From a virus: DNA of 64,000 bases. The stretch lies in IMG/VR virus record IMGVR_UViG_3300020595_003017, positions 64,001 to 128,000 of that record, one strand, 5' to 3'. A program made the translations under genes and the position numbers. This document shows, piece after piece, positions 56,295 through 64,000 of the stretch; within the stretch, counting starts at the first letter, position 1, and the number at the start of each line of letters is the position of its first letter. The notes beneath the pieces were generated by a model. It was not told where the DNA came from and searched no databases. It saw only the letters and a list, made by a program, of their open reading frames with translations.

Positions 56295-57572
56295 ATGGCC
56301 ATGTCCGAAAGAAAAATAAAAGTTTTAACACTTAGTGATCACCCGATGTTACCGTCAGGGGTAGGAACTCAAACGAAGTACATCATCGAGGGATTACTCA
56401 AAACGGGAAAATACCAAGTTATATCTCTTGGTGGGGCAATACAACACCCCGATTATACACCAACAAAAACAGAGGAGTGGGGAGATGATTGGATTGTTGT
56501 GCCTGTAGATGGCTATGGCAATGATTCTCAAATCAGATCAGTTCTTCAACAATTCAAGCCTGATATTTTGTATTTTATGACTGATCCACGCTTTTATGAG
56601 TGGCTATGGAATATGGAAGATGAGATAAGAGAAAATGTTCCTATGGTTTATTATCATGTGTGGGACAATTATCCAGCACCTGTTTTTAATAAGCCATGGT
56701 ATGATTCTAATGATTTTATTGCTACCATATCAAAAGTAACTTCTAATGTAGTTCGTGAAGTTACATCAGATGTAGAAGAAAGATATGTACCACATTCAGT
56801 GAATACAGATTGTTTTTATAATCTAAATAAAGACCCTGAAGGGAAAAAAGCACTAAAAAATACTATTTCTGATAACCCTGCTTTACAAGGTAAGTTTAAG
56901 TTTTTCTGGAATAATCGTAACGCTAGAAGAAAACAGAGCGGAACATTAATGTTTTGGTTTAAGAAGTTTTTAGATAAAGTGGGTCACGACAAAGCTGTGC
57001 TTATGATGCATACAGAGGTTAACGATCCAAACGGGCAGCCTCTAGAATATTTAGCAGCACAACTGGGTTTAAATAACGGACAAGTTATTTTTAGTAAGCA
57101 GAAAATTCCGCCAGAACAACTTGCAGTTATGTATAATTTGGTGGACTGTACAATTAATATAGCAGATGCCGAAGGTTTTGGTTTAGGTACTTTGGAATCT
57201 TTAGCGTGCGAGACACCTATAATTGTTAACATGACTGGCGGACTTCAAGAACAGGTGACTGATGGCGAAAACTGGTTTGGAATAGGTATTGAGCCAGCCT
57301 CAAAAGCCATAATTGGATCTTTGACCGTTCCCTTCATCAGGGAGGATCGATTAAACGAGGATGACGTTGTTGATGCGATGTATAAAATGTACACAATGCC
57401 CAAAGAACAGAGAGATAAGATGGGCGAAGCCGGAAGAAATCATGTATTGAAAAACTATAATTTTGAAGACTATCAAAAGACATGGGTTGAAATCATGAAT
57501 CACATTCACGAAAAATACGGCTCATGGGAAACAAGAAAAAATCATAAAAAGTGGGAGCTACTGGAAATATGA
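56295..57572 (+). CDS. Glycosyltransferase, GT4/GT-B
   Basis: NRNARRKQ and AEGFGLGTLESLAC (Ex7E). Confidence 0.9.
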   Translation: MAMSERKIKVLTLSDHPMLPSGVGTQTKYIIEGLLKTGKYQVISLGGAIQHPDYTPTKTEEWGDDWIVVPVDGYGNDSQIRSVLQQFKPDILYFMTDPRFYEWLWNMEDEIRENVPMVYYHVWDNYPAPVFNKPWYDSNDFIATISKVTSNVVREVTSDVEERYVPHSVNTDCFYNLNKDPEGKKALKNTISDNPALQGKFKFFWNNRNARRKQSGTLMFWFKKFLDKVGHDKAVLMMHTEVNDPNGQPLEYLAAQLGLNNGQVIFSKQKIPPEQLAVMYNLVDCTINIADAEGFGLGTLESLACETPIIVNMTGGLQEQVTDGENWFGIGIEPASKAIIGSLTVPFIREDRLNEDDVVDAMYKMYTMPKEQRDKMGEAGRNHVLKNYNFEDYQKTWVEIMNHIHEKYGSWETRKNHKKWELLEI

Positions 57573-58840
57573 GAACTGTATTATTAAAAGGACCAATCCT
57601 TAGCAGAAGCGGATATGGCGAACACGCTAGAAGTGTTTTTCGGGCATTGCAAAGCAGGCCAGACTTATATGATATTTATATTGAACCAACTATCTGGGGC
57701 AAAACTCCATGGTCTCATACTGTTTCTGAAGAGAATAAAGAAATATTTGCGTGTATTAACAAAAGGCAGCAGTTTAGAGGTGTTTTTAATTTATCTTTGC
57801 AGGTTATGATACCAAATGAGTGGACAAATATAGCCGAGAAAAACATCGGTGTCACTGCTGGTATAGAAACAGATTTAGCATCCGAAACGTGGGTACAATT
57901 TTGCAAAGACATTGATCATGTTATAGTTGTCTCTAATCATGCTAAAAATGTTTTTCTAAACTCAGTGTATAAGGACAAGGTACCAGTAGCTAATGGGCAA
58001 ATGATGGATCTAAAATTAGAGCCTGAAGAAATTGATGTCATTGGGTACCCTGTTAAGAATAAAGACTGTGAGGATATGGGCTTAGAACTCAAAACTGATT
58101 TTAATTTTTTGACTGTGGCTCAATCAGGACCAAGAAAATGCCTTGACGCAACTGTGAGATGGTTTGCGGAGGAATTCAAAGACGAGAATGTCGGTCTTGT
58201 TGTAAAAGCAAATATGCAAAACAATAGTATTGCAGATAGACATAATCTTCAAACTAGTATGAAACACTGGATTCAAAAACTAAAGGATAAAAAGTGTAAA
58301 GTTTATCTTTTGCACGGAAATTTAAATGAGGAGCAGATTCATCACCTATACAATCACGACAAAATTAAATGTTATGTGACTACGACTCATGGTGAGGGTT
58401 TCGGTCTTCCAATTTTTGAAGCAGCTTATAGTGGACTTCCTGTAGTGGCACCGGCATGGTCTGGTCATGTAGATTTTTTATATAAAAAGTTTAAGAAAAA
58501 AAACGGCAAACCAGATAAGAAACCTTTATTTACTAAAGTTAAATATGAATTAGAAAAAGTTCAACAAAATGCAGTTTGGGAAAATGTTATTGTTGAAGAT
58601 TCTAAATGGGCTTTCAGTGATCAAAAGTCATTTAAAAAAGCACTAAGAAATGTTTATGATGCTTACTCCAGTAAGAGAGCTATGGCAAGTGAATTGAAAG
58701 AATATCTTCATGATGAAATGTCAGAAGAAAAAATACACGAAAAATATATCGATGTGATTAACAAGGTTTATCCACCTGAGGTATTTGAGGTTACTGATTG
58801 GTTATCGCAAATTGAGGGTAATTTAGAAACTCATGATTAA
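57569..58840 (+). CDS. Glycosyltransferase, GT4/GT-B
   Basis: SRSGYG and HGEGFGLPIFEAA. Confidence 0.9.
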   Translation: MRTVLLKGPILSRSGYGEHARSVFRALQSRPDLYDIYIEPTIWGKTPWSHTVSEENKEIFACINKRQQFRGVFNLSLQVMIPNEWTNIAEKNIGVTAGIETDLASETWVQFCKDIDHVIVVSNHAKNVFLNSVYKDKVPVANGQMMDLKLEPEEIDVIGYPVKNKDCEDMGLELKTDFNFLTVAQSGPRKCLDATVRWFAEEFKDENVGLVVKANMQNNSIADRHNLQTSMKHWIQKLKDKKCKVYLLHGNLNEEQIHHLYNHDKIKCYVTTTHGEGFGLPIFEAAYSGLPVVAPAWSGHVDFLYKKFKKKNGKPDKKPLFTKVKYELEKVQQNAVWENVIVEDSKWAFSDQKSFKKALRNVYDAYSSKRAMASELKEYLHDEMSEEKIHEKYIDVINKVYPPEVFEVTDWLSQIEGNLETHD

Positions 58841-59681
58841 AAAAATCATTTTTGTTGCCGATTGGTTTTCTGAACAAGTCAACGGCGGCGGCGAATTAAA
58901 CAATGATGAGTTTATTTCGGTGGTTCGTAATATGGGAGTAGATGTTACTCCAATTAATTCACATTTATTGACCGTTGATATTCTCAACCAAACTAAGGAT
59001 TGTCACTATATATTTGGAAATTTTCTTAACCTTGACAATAACGTTTATCAGCATATAGTCCAAGGAAAAACAAAATTTTCAATCTATGAGCATGATCACA
59101 AATATTTAGTCAAAAGAGATCCATCCGGGTATGAGAACTACTTGGCCCCAAAAAACGAACTTGCAAACCTAGCCTTTTATAAAAAAGCAACTGCTATATT
59201 TTGCCAAAGTAAACTTCACGCTGAAACGGTTGAAAAAAACTTAAAACTAAAAACGATACATAATTTGTCCGGAAATATATGGGATTTAAGTTCTTTGAAT
59301 TTATTGGAGAACATATCTAGCAAAAGCAAGCAAAACAAAATTTCTATATGGGACTCTACAAACCCAATTAAAAACACTGCGAAGGCTGTCGCATACTGTA
59401 AGGTAAAAAATGTACCATATGAATTGGTTGGTTCATTGCCTTATAGCGAATTCCTGGAAAAATTGGGACAAAATGAAACTTTTTTATTCTTCCCCGAGAC
59501 AATGGAGACTCTGTGTAGAGTAGTGGTTGAGGCACGAATGATGAACATGAAAGCTATAACAAATGGTGTTTTGGGTGCTACTTCCGAAGAGTGGTTTTCT
59601 TTGAAAGGTAAAGAGTTAATCGACCTTATGAGGCAAAAAAGAGAGAGCATACCAAAATATATATTGGAGACTATTAAATGA
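58833..59681 (+). CDS. Glycosyltransferase-like protein (GT-B)
   Basis: GGGELN and ETLCRVVVEARMM. Confidence 0.75.
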   Translation: MIKKIIFVADWFSEQVNGGGELNNDEFISVVRNMGVDVTPINSHLLTVDILNQTKDCHYIFGNFLNLDNNVYQHIVQGKTKFSIYEHDHKYLVKRDPSGYENYLAPKNELANLAFYKKATAIFCQSKLHAETVEKNLKLKTIHNLSGNIWDLSSLNLLENISSKSKQNKISIWDSTNPIKNTAKAVAYCKVKNVPYELVGSLPYSEFLEKLGQNETFLFFPETMETLCRVVVEARMMNMKAITNGVLGATSEEWFSLKGKELIDLMRQKRESIPKYILETIK

Positions 59682-60595
59682 AGATTGTGATGGTGTGGAA
59701 CAAGACACTAAAAAGAGGTAATATTCACAAAATAGATATTGGATTTTGGAACACATATTATTCCTTGTTGCAGTTGGGACACCAAGTTTACTTCTACGAT
59801 ACTGCATCTGAACCGGAAAAATCATTATCAGAGGTAGTTGAGAGTTTTAAACCTGAGTTGATTTATTGCTGTATGACAGGAGACAAATCTCTTACTCCAT
59901 ATGAGCCATGGGAAGACTTAGTTAAAGAAAAAGATAAAGGAAGGTGTAAAACTTTTAATTGGTTCTGTGATGACACTTGGAGATTTGATTCTTTTTCTTC
60001 TAAGGTTTGTAATGTGTTTCATGTATGTTCTACCGTGGAAAAAAATTACATTGAAAAATTTAAAGAAATAGATTATAACAACATTATACACGCAATGTGG
60101 CATACTAATCTTGATTTTTACCCCAAAGTAATTGAAAAAGACATCGATATATCTTTTTGTGGTATTCCAAATATCGAAAGAGAGAGTTTTACTAATGCTC
60201 TTAAAAGACAAGAGATGCCTGTGGAATATAAGTATGGAATCTCGCACGAGGATATGTGCGAGCTTTTTGCCAGGTCTAAGATAAGTTTAAACTTCTCAAA
60301 GAACATGACACTTACACCTCCAAGAAGGCAGATCAAGGCGAGGCTCTTTGAAGTTCCAGCCGGAAGAGCATTACTTTGCACAGAAGAAACGCCAAGTTTA
60401 GAGGAATATTATAAACTTGATGAAGAGGTCGTTACTTTTAAGAACTCGCTTGAACTGTATGAAAAGTGCAAATACCTTCTAAAGAATGAAAATGTACGAC
60501 GACGGATGGCTGAAAATGGATTCAATAGATTTAAAAAAGAACACGAATCAAAACAGCGTTTACCAAAAATACTTGACAAAATAATGAAAACATGA
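59678..60595 (+). CDS. Glycosyltransferase (CgeB/spore-maturation type)
   Basis: WFCDD, SKISLNF, IKARLFEVPA and YY..DEEVV. Confidence 0.8.
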   Translation: MKIVMVWNKTLKRGNIHKIDIGFWNTYYSLLQLGHQVYFYDTASEPEKSLSEVVESFKPELIYCCMTGDKSLTPYEPWEDLVKEKDKGRCKTFNWFCDDTWRFDSFSSKVCNVFHVCSTVEKNYIEKFKEIDYNNIIHAMWHTNLDFYPKVIEKDIDISFCGIPNIERESFTNALKRQEMPVEYKYGISHEDMCELFARSKISLNFSKNMTLTPPRRQIKARLFEVPAGRALLCTEETPSLEEYYKLDEEVVTFKNSLELYEKCKYLLKNENVRRRMAENGFNRFKKEHESKQRLPKILDKIMKT

Positions 60596-60598
60596 ACC

Positions 60599-60907
60599 AT
60601 GGTTATTTACATAGACATAGACGAAACAATCTGTCTTCATCCTGAAGGTTCCCCCGGTAGGGCTCGTGATTACAATTTAGCATCACCAATACCAGAAAAT
60701 ATCAACAAGGCCAACAGACTGTATGATGAAGGTAATACAGTAATCTACTGGACTGCAAGAGGGGCAACAACAGGGATTGATTGGACTGAACTTACCACAC
60801 GCCAGCTAGAAAAATGGGGTGCAAAGTATCACGAATTAAGGTTAGATAAACCTTTCTATGATTTGTTTATAGACGATAAGGTTATGAATACGGAGAATTG
60901 GACATGA
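60599..60907 (+). CDS. Small HAD-like phosphatase (capsule biosynthesis type)
   Basis: YIDIDETI, YWTARG, KP.YDLFIDDK. Confidence 0.8.
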   Translation: MVIYIDIDETICLHPEGSPGRARDYNLASPIPENINKANRLYDEGNTVIYWTARGATTGIDWTELTTRQLEKWGAKYHELRLDKPFYDLFIDDKVMNTENWT

Positions 60908-61638
60908 CTGCAAAAGTGTCTGTTATAATCCCTTGTTACAATGCAGAAAATTATATTAAAGAGGCTATTGGTTCTGTTCTCAGTCAAACCTATGAAAATA
61001 TTGAGATAGTTGCTGTTGATAATGAGAGTAGCGATGCAACTTTAGATATTTTAAAATCCTACTCATCAGATAATAAACGGGTTGTTTACTCCACCGCAAA
61101 AAACATATATCCTTTTTGTTGGGATGAGGCCAGGGAAGAGGGTTTGAAAATATGCACGGGTGATTACATAACAACCCTATGCTCTGATGACTATTACAGT
61201 TTAGAATACATAGAAAAGTGTGTTCAAATCATGGACCAGTTAAAAGATAAAGTTTCATTAATACAGAGTCCCATAAGGGGTGTTGACGTAAGTGGTAGAG
61301 AGATTAACAGAGTGGGGCACCGTTATGATGGGGTTCAAGAGTTTAAAAATTTAGCTGTCAGCAAATGCCCGGTGACGAGTCCAACGGTTTTTTACAAACG
61401 AGAGATTTATGATCAAGGATTGATAAAAACAAACCCAGAAAAGTATAGTGGTGCGGCTGACTATGATTTATACTGTGGTTTAGCTGACAGTGGACACTAT
61501 ATTTTACCAGTCCCTAGTTGGATAGGTTACAATTATCGCTGGCATGAGGAACAAGCTACTTGGGGTATGCACAAGTCTAAAATAAATTACGATAGTCTGA
61601 TACAATCTTATTGGAGAGAAAAGTGGAACATCTACTAG
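60904..61638 (+). CDS. Glycosyltransferase, GT2
   Basis: VSVIIPCYN, VDNESSD, CSDD and DYDL. Confidence 0.9.
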   Translation: MTAKVSVIIPCYNAENYIKEAIGSVLSQTYENIEIVAVDNESSDATLDILKSYSSDNKRVVYSTAKNIYPFCWDEAREEGLKICTGDYITTLCSDDYYSLEYIEKCVQIMDQLKDKVSLIQSPIRGVDVSGREINRVGHRYDGVQEFKNLAVSKCPVTSPTVFYKREIYDQGLIKTNPEKYSGAADYDLYCGLADSGHYILPVPSWIGYNYRWHEEQATWGMHKSKINYDSLIQSYWREKWNIY

Positions 61639-62267
61639 ACACCAAAAAAAGAATTGTTCAAATTGCATATGATAACCGACTGTCACATCTTGGCAGTTAT
61701 TTTTCTTGCCTTCCAGTTGTGGATGAAATATACTCTAACAAAAATAAGGAGGATATTTTTATCTTATCTTGTGGACATGCGGCGTTAGCTTTGTATGCTG
61801 TTTTGGAAAAATATGAGAATGCAGACGCATCTAAATTATTTAAGAAGCATGGTGGACACCCTCATCGAAATGTCAAAGATGGTATACATTGTTCCACTGG
61901 TAGTTTAGGAATGGGTCTCCCTTTTGCTGTCGGTAAAGCACTTGCAAACAAGAATAGAAAAGTATATTGCTTGATAAGCGACGGCGAGTGCGCCGAGGGG
62001 TCTATCTGGGAAAGTCTTAAATTTATATACGAAAACAACCTTAAAAATATCCAAGTATATGTTTCAGTAAATGGATATTCTGCCTACGATGCGGTTGATT
62101 CAGACTATCTGGTTAAAAGACTGCAATGTTTTTTGCCGGATATAAATATCAGATACACAAAAGTTAACGAATTTTCCTTCTTAAAAGGCTTGAACGCACA
62201 CTATCATATAATGAGTGAAAATGATTACAATTTAGCACTAAAGGAACTGAATGAGAAAAAAGTTTAG
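61611..62267 (+). CDS. Transketolase-like ThDP-binding (N-terminal) subunit
   Basis: SHLGS, GHAA, GGHP, STGSLGMG and SDGECAEGSIWE. Confidence 0.88.
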   Translation: MERKVEHLLDTKKRIVQIAYDNRLSHLGSYFSCLPVVDEIYSNKNKEDIFILSCGHAALALYAVLEKYENADASKLFKKHGGHPHRNVKDGIHCSTGSLGMGLPFAVGKALANKNRKVYCLISDGECAEGSIWESLKFIYENNLKNIQVYVSVNGYSAYDAVDSDYLVKRLQCFLPDINIRYTKVNEFSFLKGLNAHYHIMSENDYNLALKELNEKKV

Positions 62268-62727
62268 TAGTATATTACATGACAAAATGGGGAAAGATGA
62301 GAGGCTTTTTTTACTGACAGGTGACCTTGGATATGGTTTGTGGGACAGAATAAAGATTGATTTCCCGGATAGATTCCAAGATTTTGGATCATCTGAGCAA
62401 TTGATGGTTGCTGCTGCTTGTGGTCTTGCAACAGACGGATATATACCACTTGTTTACTCAATAACTCCATTTGTTCTTTATAGACCATATGAGTTTATTC
62501 GAAATTATATTAACCATGAAAAAATACCAGTTAAGTTAATGGGTGGTGGTCGTGATAAAGATTATGGGTACCTTGGGTTCTCTCACTGGGCTGAAGATGA
62601 TAAAAAAACTATGGCTAATTTTAGTAACATTGCAAGTTACTGGCCAATTGACGAAGCGGAATTGGAGAAAGTAGTTGACACTTTCCTGTTTGATGGAAAA
62701 CCAAGCTACCTTAATTTAAAAAGATGA
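62251..62727 (+). CDS. Transketolase-like pyrimidine-binding subunit (no C-terminal domain)
   Basis: GDLG, GSSEQ, RPYEFIR, GFSH and PSYLNL; only 158 aa. Confidence 0.85.
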   Translation: MRKKFSSILHDKMGKDERLFLLTGDLGYGLWDRIKIDFPDRFQDFGSSEQLMVAAACGLATDGYIPLVYSITPFVLYRPYEFIRNYINHEKIPVKLMGGGRDKDYGYLGFSHWAEDDKKTMANFSNIASYWPIDEAELEKVVDTFLFDGKPSYLNLKR

Positions 62728-63572
62728 GCAAAATATTAGTTACGGGAGCATCAGGTTTCCTTGGTAAATCTGTAAGTGAGTATTTTTCTAACAAAGGTCA
62801 TGAAGTTTTTTCCTTGACAAGGCAAGATCTTGATGTTACTAATAAGGGACAAGTCACTGACTGGTTTAGACAAAACAAAGTTGACTTCGTAATTCACACG
62901 GCTGTAAAAGGTGGTCGTAGAGGTAACTATGATAGCTTCTCTGACTATGTGGCAAATATAAAAATGTTTGAAAATTTATTTGAAAATAAACACAGATTTT
63001 CAATGATGATTCATTTTGCTTCCGGTGCTGAGTTTGATAGAAAAAATCATATAAACTGTTTCAAGGAAGATCGAATATTTGATTCTATGCCAGAGGATTT
63101 TTACGGACTATCAAAAAATATGATAGCCAGAAAAATTATAAAACATAAAACTAATATTTATAACTTTAGACTTTTTGGTTGCTTTGGCAAAGACGAAGAA
63201 GAAAACAGGCTACTTAAGATTTTATCGAAAGGTATAGAGGAACAGTCAGAAACTTTTATCGAAGGTAGAAAAACCATGGATTTTTTCTATGATAAGGATG
63301 TCTGTAGGGCAATTGAATATTATATGGATAACTACAAGAAAAACAATTTACCCAGAGACATTAATTTGGTTTATGAGGAAAAGTTAACTATCAAAGAAAT
63401 ATCAGATTATCTTGAGGAAGTTATGGGCAAGCCTAACAAAAATTTAAAACTAAACGAAATTACCACTAACGGATATACTGGTGACTGGAAGCTGTGTACT
63501 AAGACGTTTCCCGACAACCTCTTTTCAGGGTTGAGGGAAGCTATATCTGAAATTTATTCGATGGAGAAGTAA
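62724..63572 (+). CDS. NAD-dependent sugar epimerase/reductase (extended SDR)
   Basis: VTGASGFLG and YGLSK. Confidence 0.9.
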   Translation: MSKILVTGASGFLGKSVSEYFSNKGHEVFSLTRQDLDVTNKGQVTDWFRQNKVDFVIHTAVKGGRRGNYDSFSDYVANIKMFENLFENKHRFSMMIHFASGAEFDRKNHINCFKEDRIFDSMPEDFYGLSKNMIARKIIKHKTNIYNFRLFGCFGKDEEENRLLKILSKGIEEQSETFIEGRKTMDFFYDKDVCRAIEYYMDNYKKNNLPRDINLVYEEKLTIKEISDYLEEVMGKPNKNLKLNEITTNGYTGDWKLCTKTFPDNLFSGLREAISEIYSMEK

Positions 63573-63575
63573 AAA

Positions 63576-64000
63576 GTGTCAAACGATAAAGTAGATCAGA
63601 TTCTTGAGTTAGTAACTGAGTACATCAACGAAAGAAGAGAAAATGATAAATGGGTTAAAGGAGAGGACTGGGTAAATTATTCGGGACCTTATTATAGTTC
63701 TGATGAATATACTTCGGCTATTAAGATTTTATTGAGCGAATGGTTGATTTTTGGCAAACAAGGCAGGCACTTTGAGAATGTTTTCCCTCAGCACCTTGGT
63801 CAGAAGTATGGCGTACTAACAAACTCAGGCAGTTCCGCTAATCTTTTGATGGCGAATGTGTTTAAGAGTAAGTCGATGGCCATGAGAAAGTACCACATGC
63901 CACCTGGGTCTAAGTTTATAACACCAGTTGTGTGCTTTCCAACTACTATTAACCCACTCATACAGGCTGGATATGAACCAGTGTTTGTTGATGTAGATCT
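63576..64000 (+). CDS. rfbH: 3'-truncated RfbH/DdhC-like CDP-4-keto-6-deoxyglucose 3-dehydrase (DegT family)
   Basis: Read by hand from the GTG at 63576: ...WVNYSGP...EWL..G...F...TNSGSSANLL...FPTTINPLIQAG..PVFVD. It runs off the window. Confidence 0.75.
   Translation, partial: MSNDKVDQILELVTEYINERRENDKWVKGEDWVNYSGPYYSSDEYTSAIKILLSEWLIFGKQGRHFENVFPQHLGQKYGVLTNSGSSANLLMANVFKSKSMAMRKYHMPPGSKFITPVVCFPTTINPLIQAGYEPVFVDVD

Noticed and set aside
60571-60600. acTTGACA match to the early promoter motif
   Set aside because: It lies inside a glycosyltransferase coding end and has no GA-rich leader.

Overview
This 64 kb window is very gene-dense and almost entirely + strand (only 45487-47503 is on the - strand). 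It reads as part of a large tailed-phage (jumbo or T4-like) genome in the standard genetic code. No capsid, portal or terminase gene lies in the window, so the viral call is an inference. It rests on dozens of tiny overlapping hypothetical ORFs, T4-like families and isolated host-type genes. Recognisable content: (1) proteostasis genes (GroEL, ClpP, SlyD-type PPIase, J-domain protein, glutaredoxin, NifU-C protein, tmRNA); (2) an N6-adenine methylase next to a PD-(D/E)xK nuclease; (3) two AAA+/vWA systems (MoxR-like + vWA, and yeaH-spoVR-prkA); (4) CysK, a eukaryote-type PMM, APRT and an MTA/SAH nucleosidase; (5) four tRNAs bracketing tilS; (6) PhoH and a RecB/Cas4-like nuclease; (7) probable fibre proteins and several lipoproteins; (8) the start of a glycosyltransferase and deoxysugar cluster. 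The most promising unexplained signal is the cluster at 28.2-31.8 kb. Its proteins share an amphipathic leader ending in I/L-x-E, like T4 capsid-targeting peptides, and they carry two ADP-ribosyltransferase-like domains and a pre-toxin-like hydrophobic hairpin. This could be a capsid-loaded effector cassette. Other notable signals are a repeated early promoter/GGGAGAGAG leader cassette, a 13-bp duplex that could enclose the AAA gene, helically phased repeats at 22.7-22.9 kb, and tRNA punctuation of tilS. All family names come from motif recognition by eye, not from database searches.
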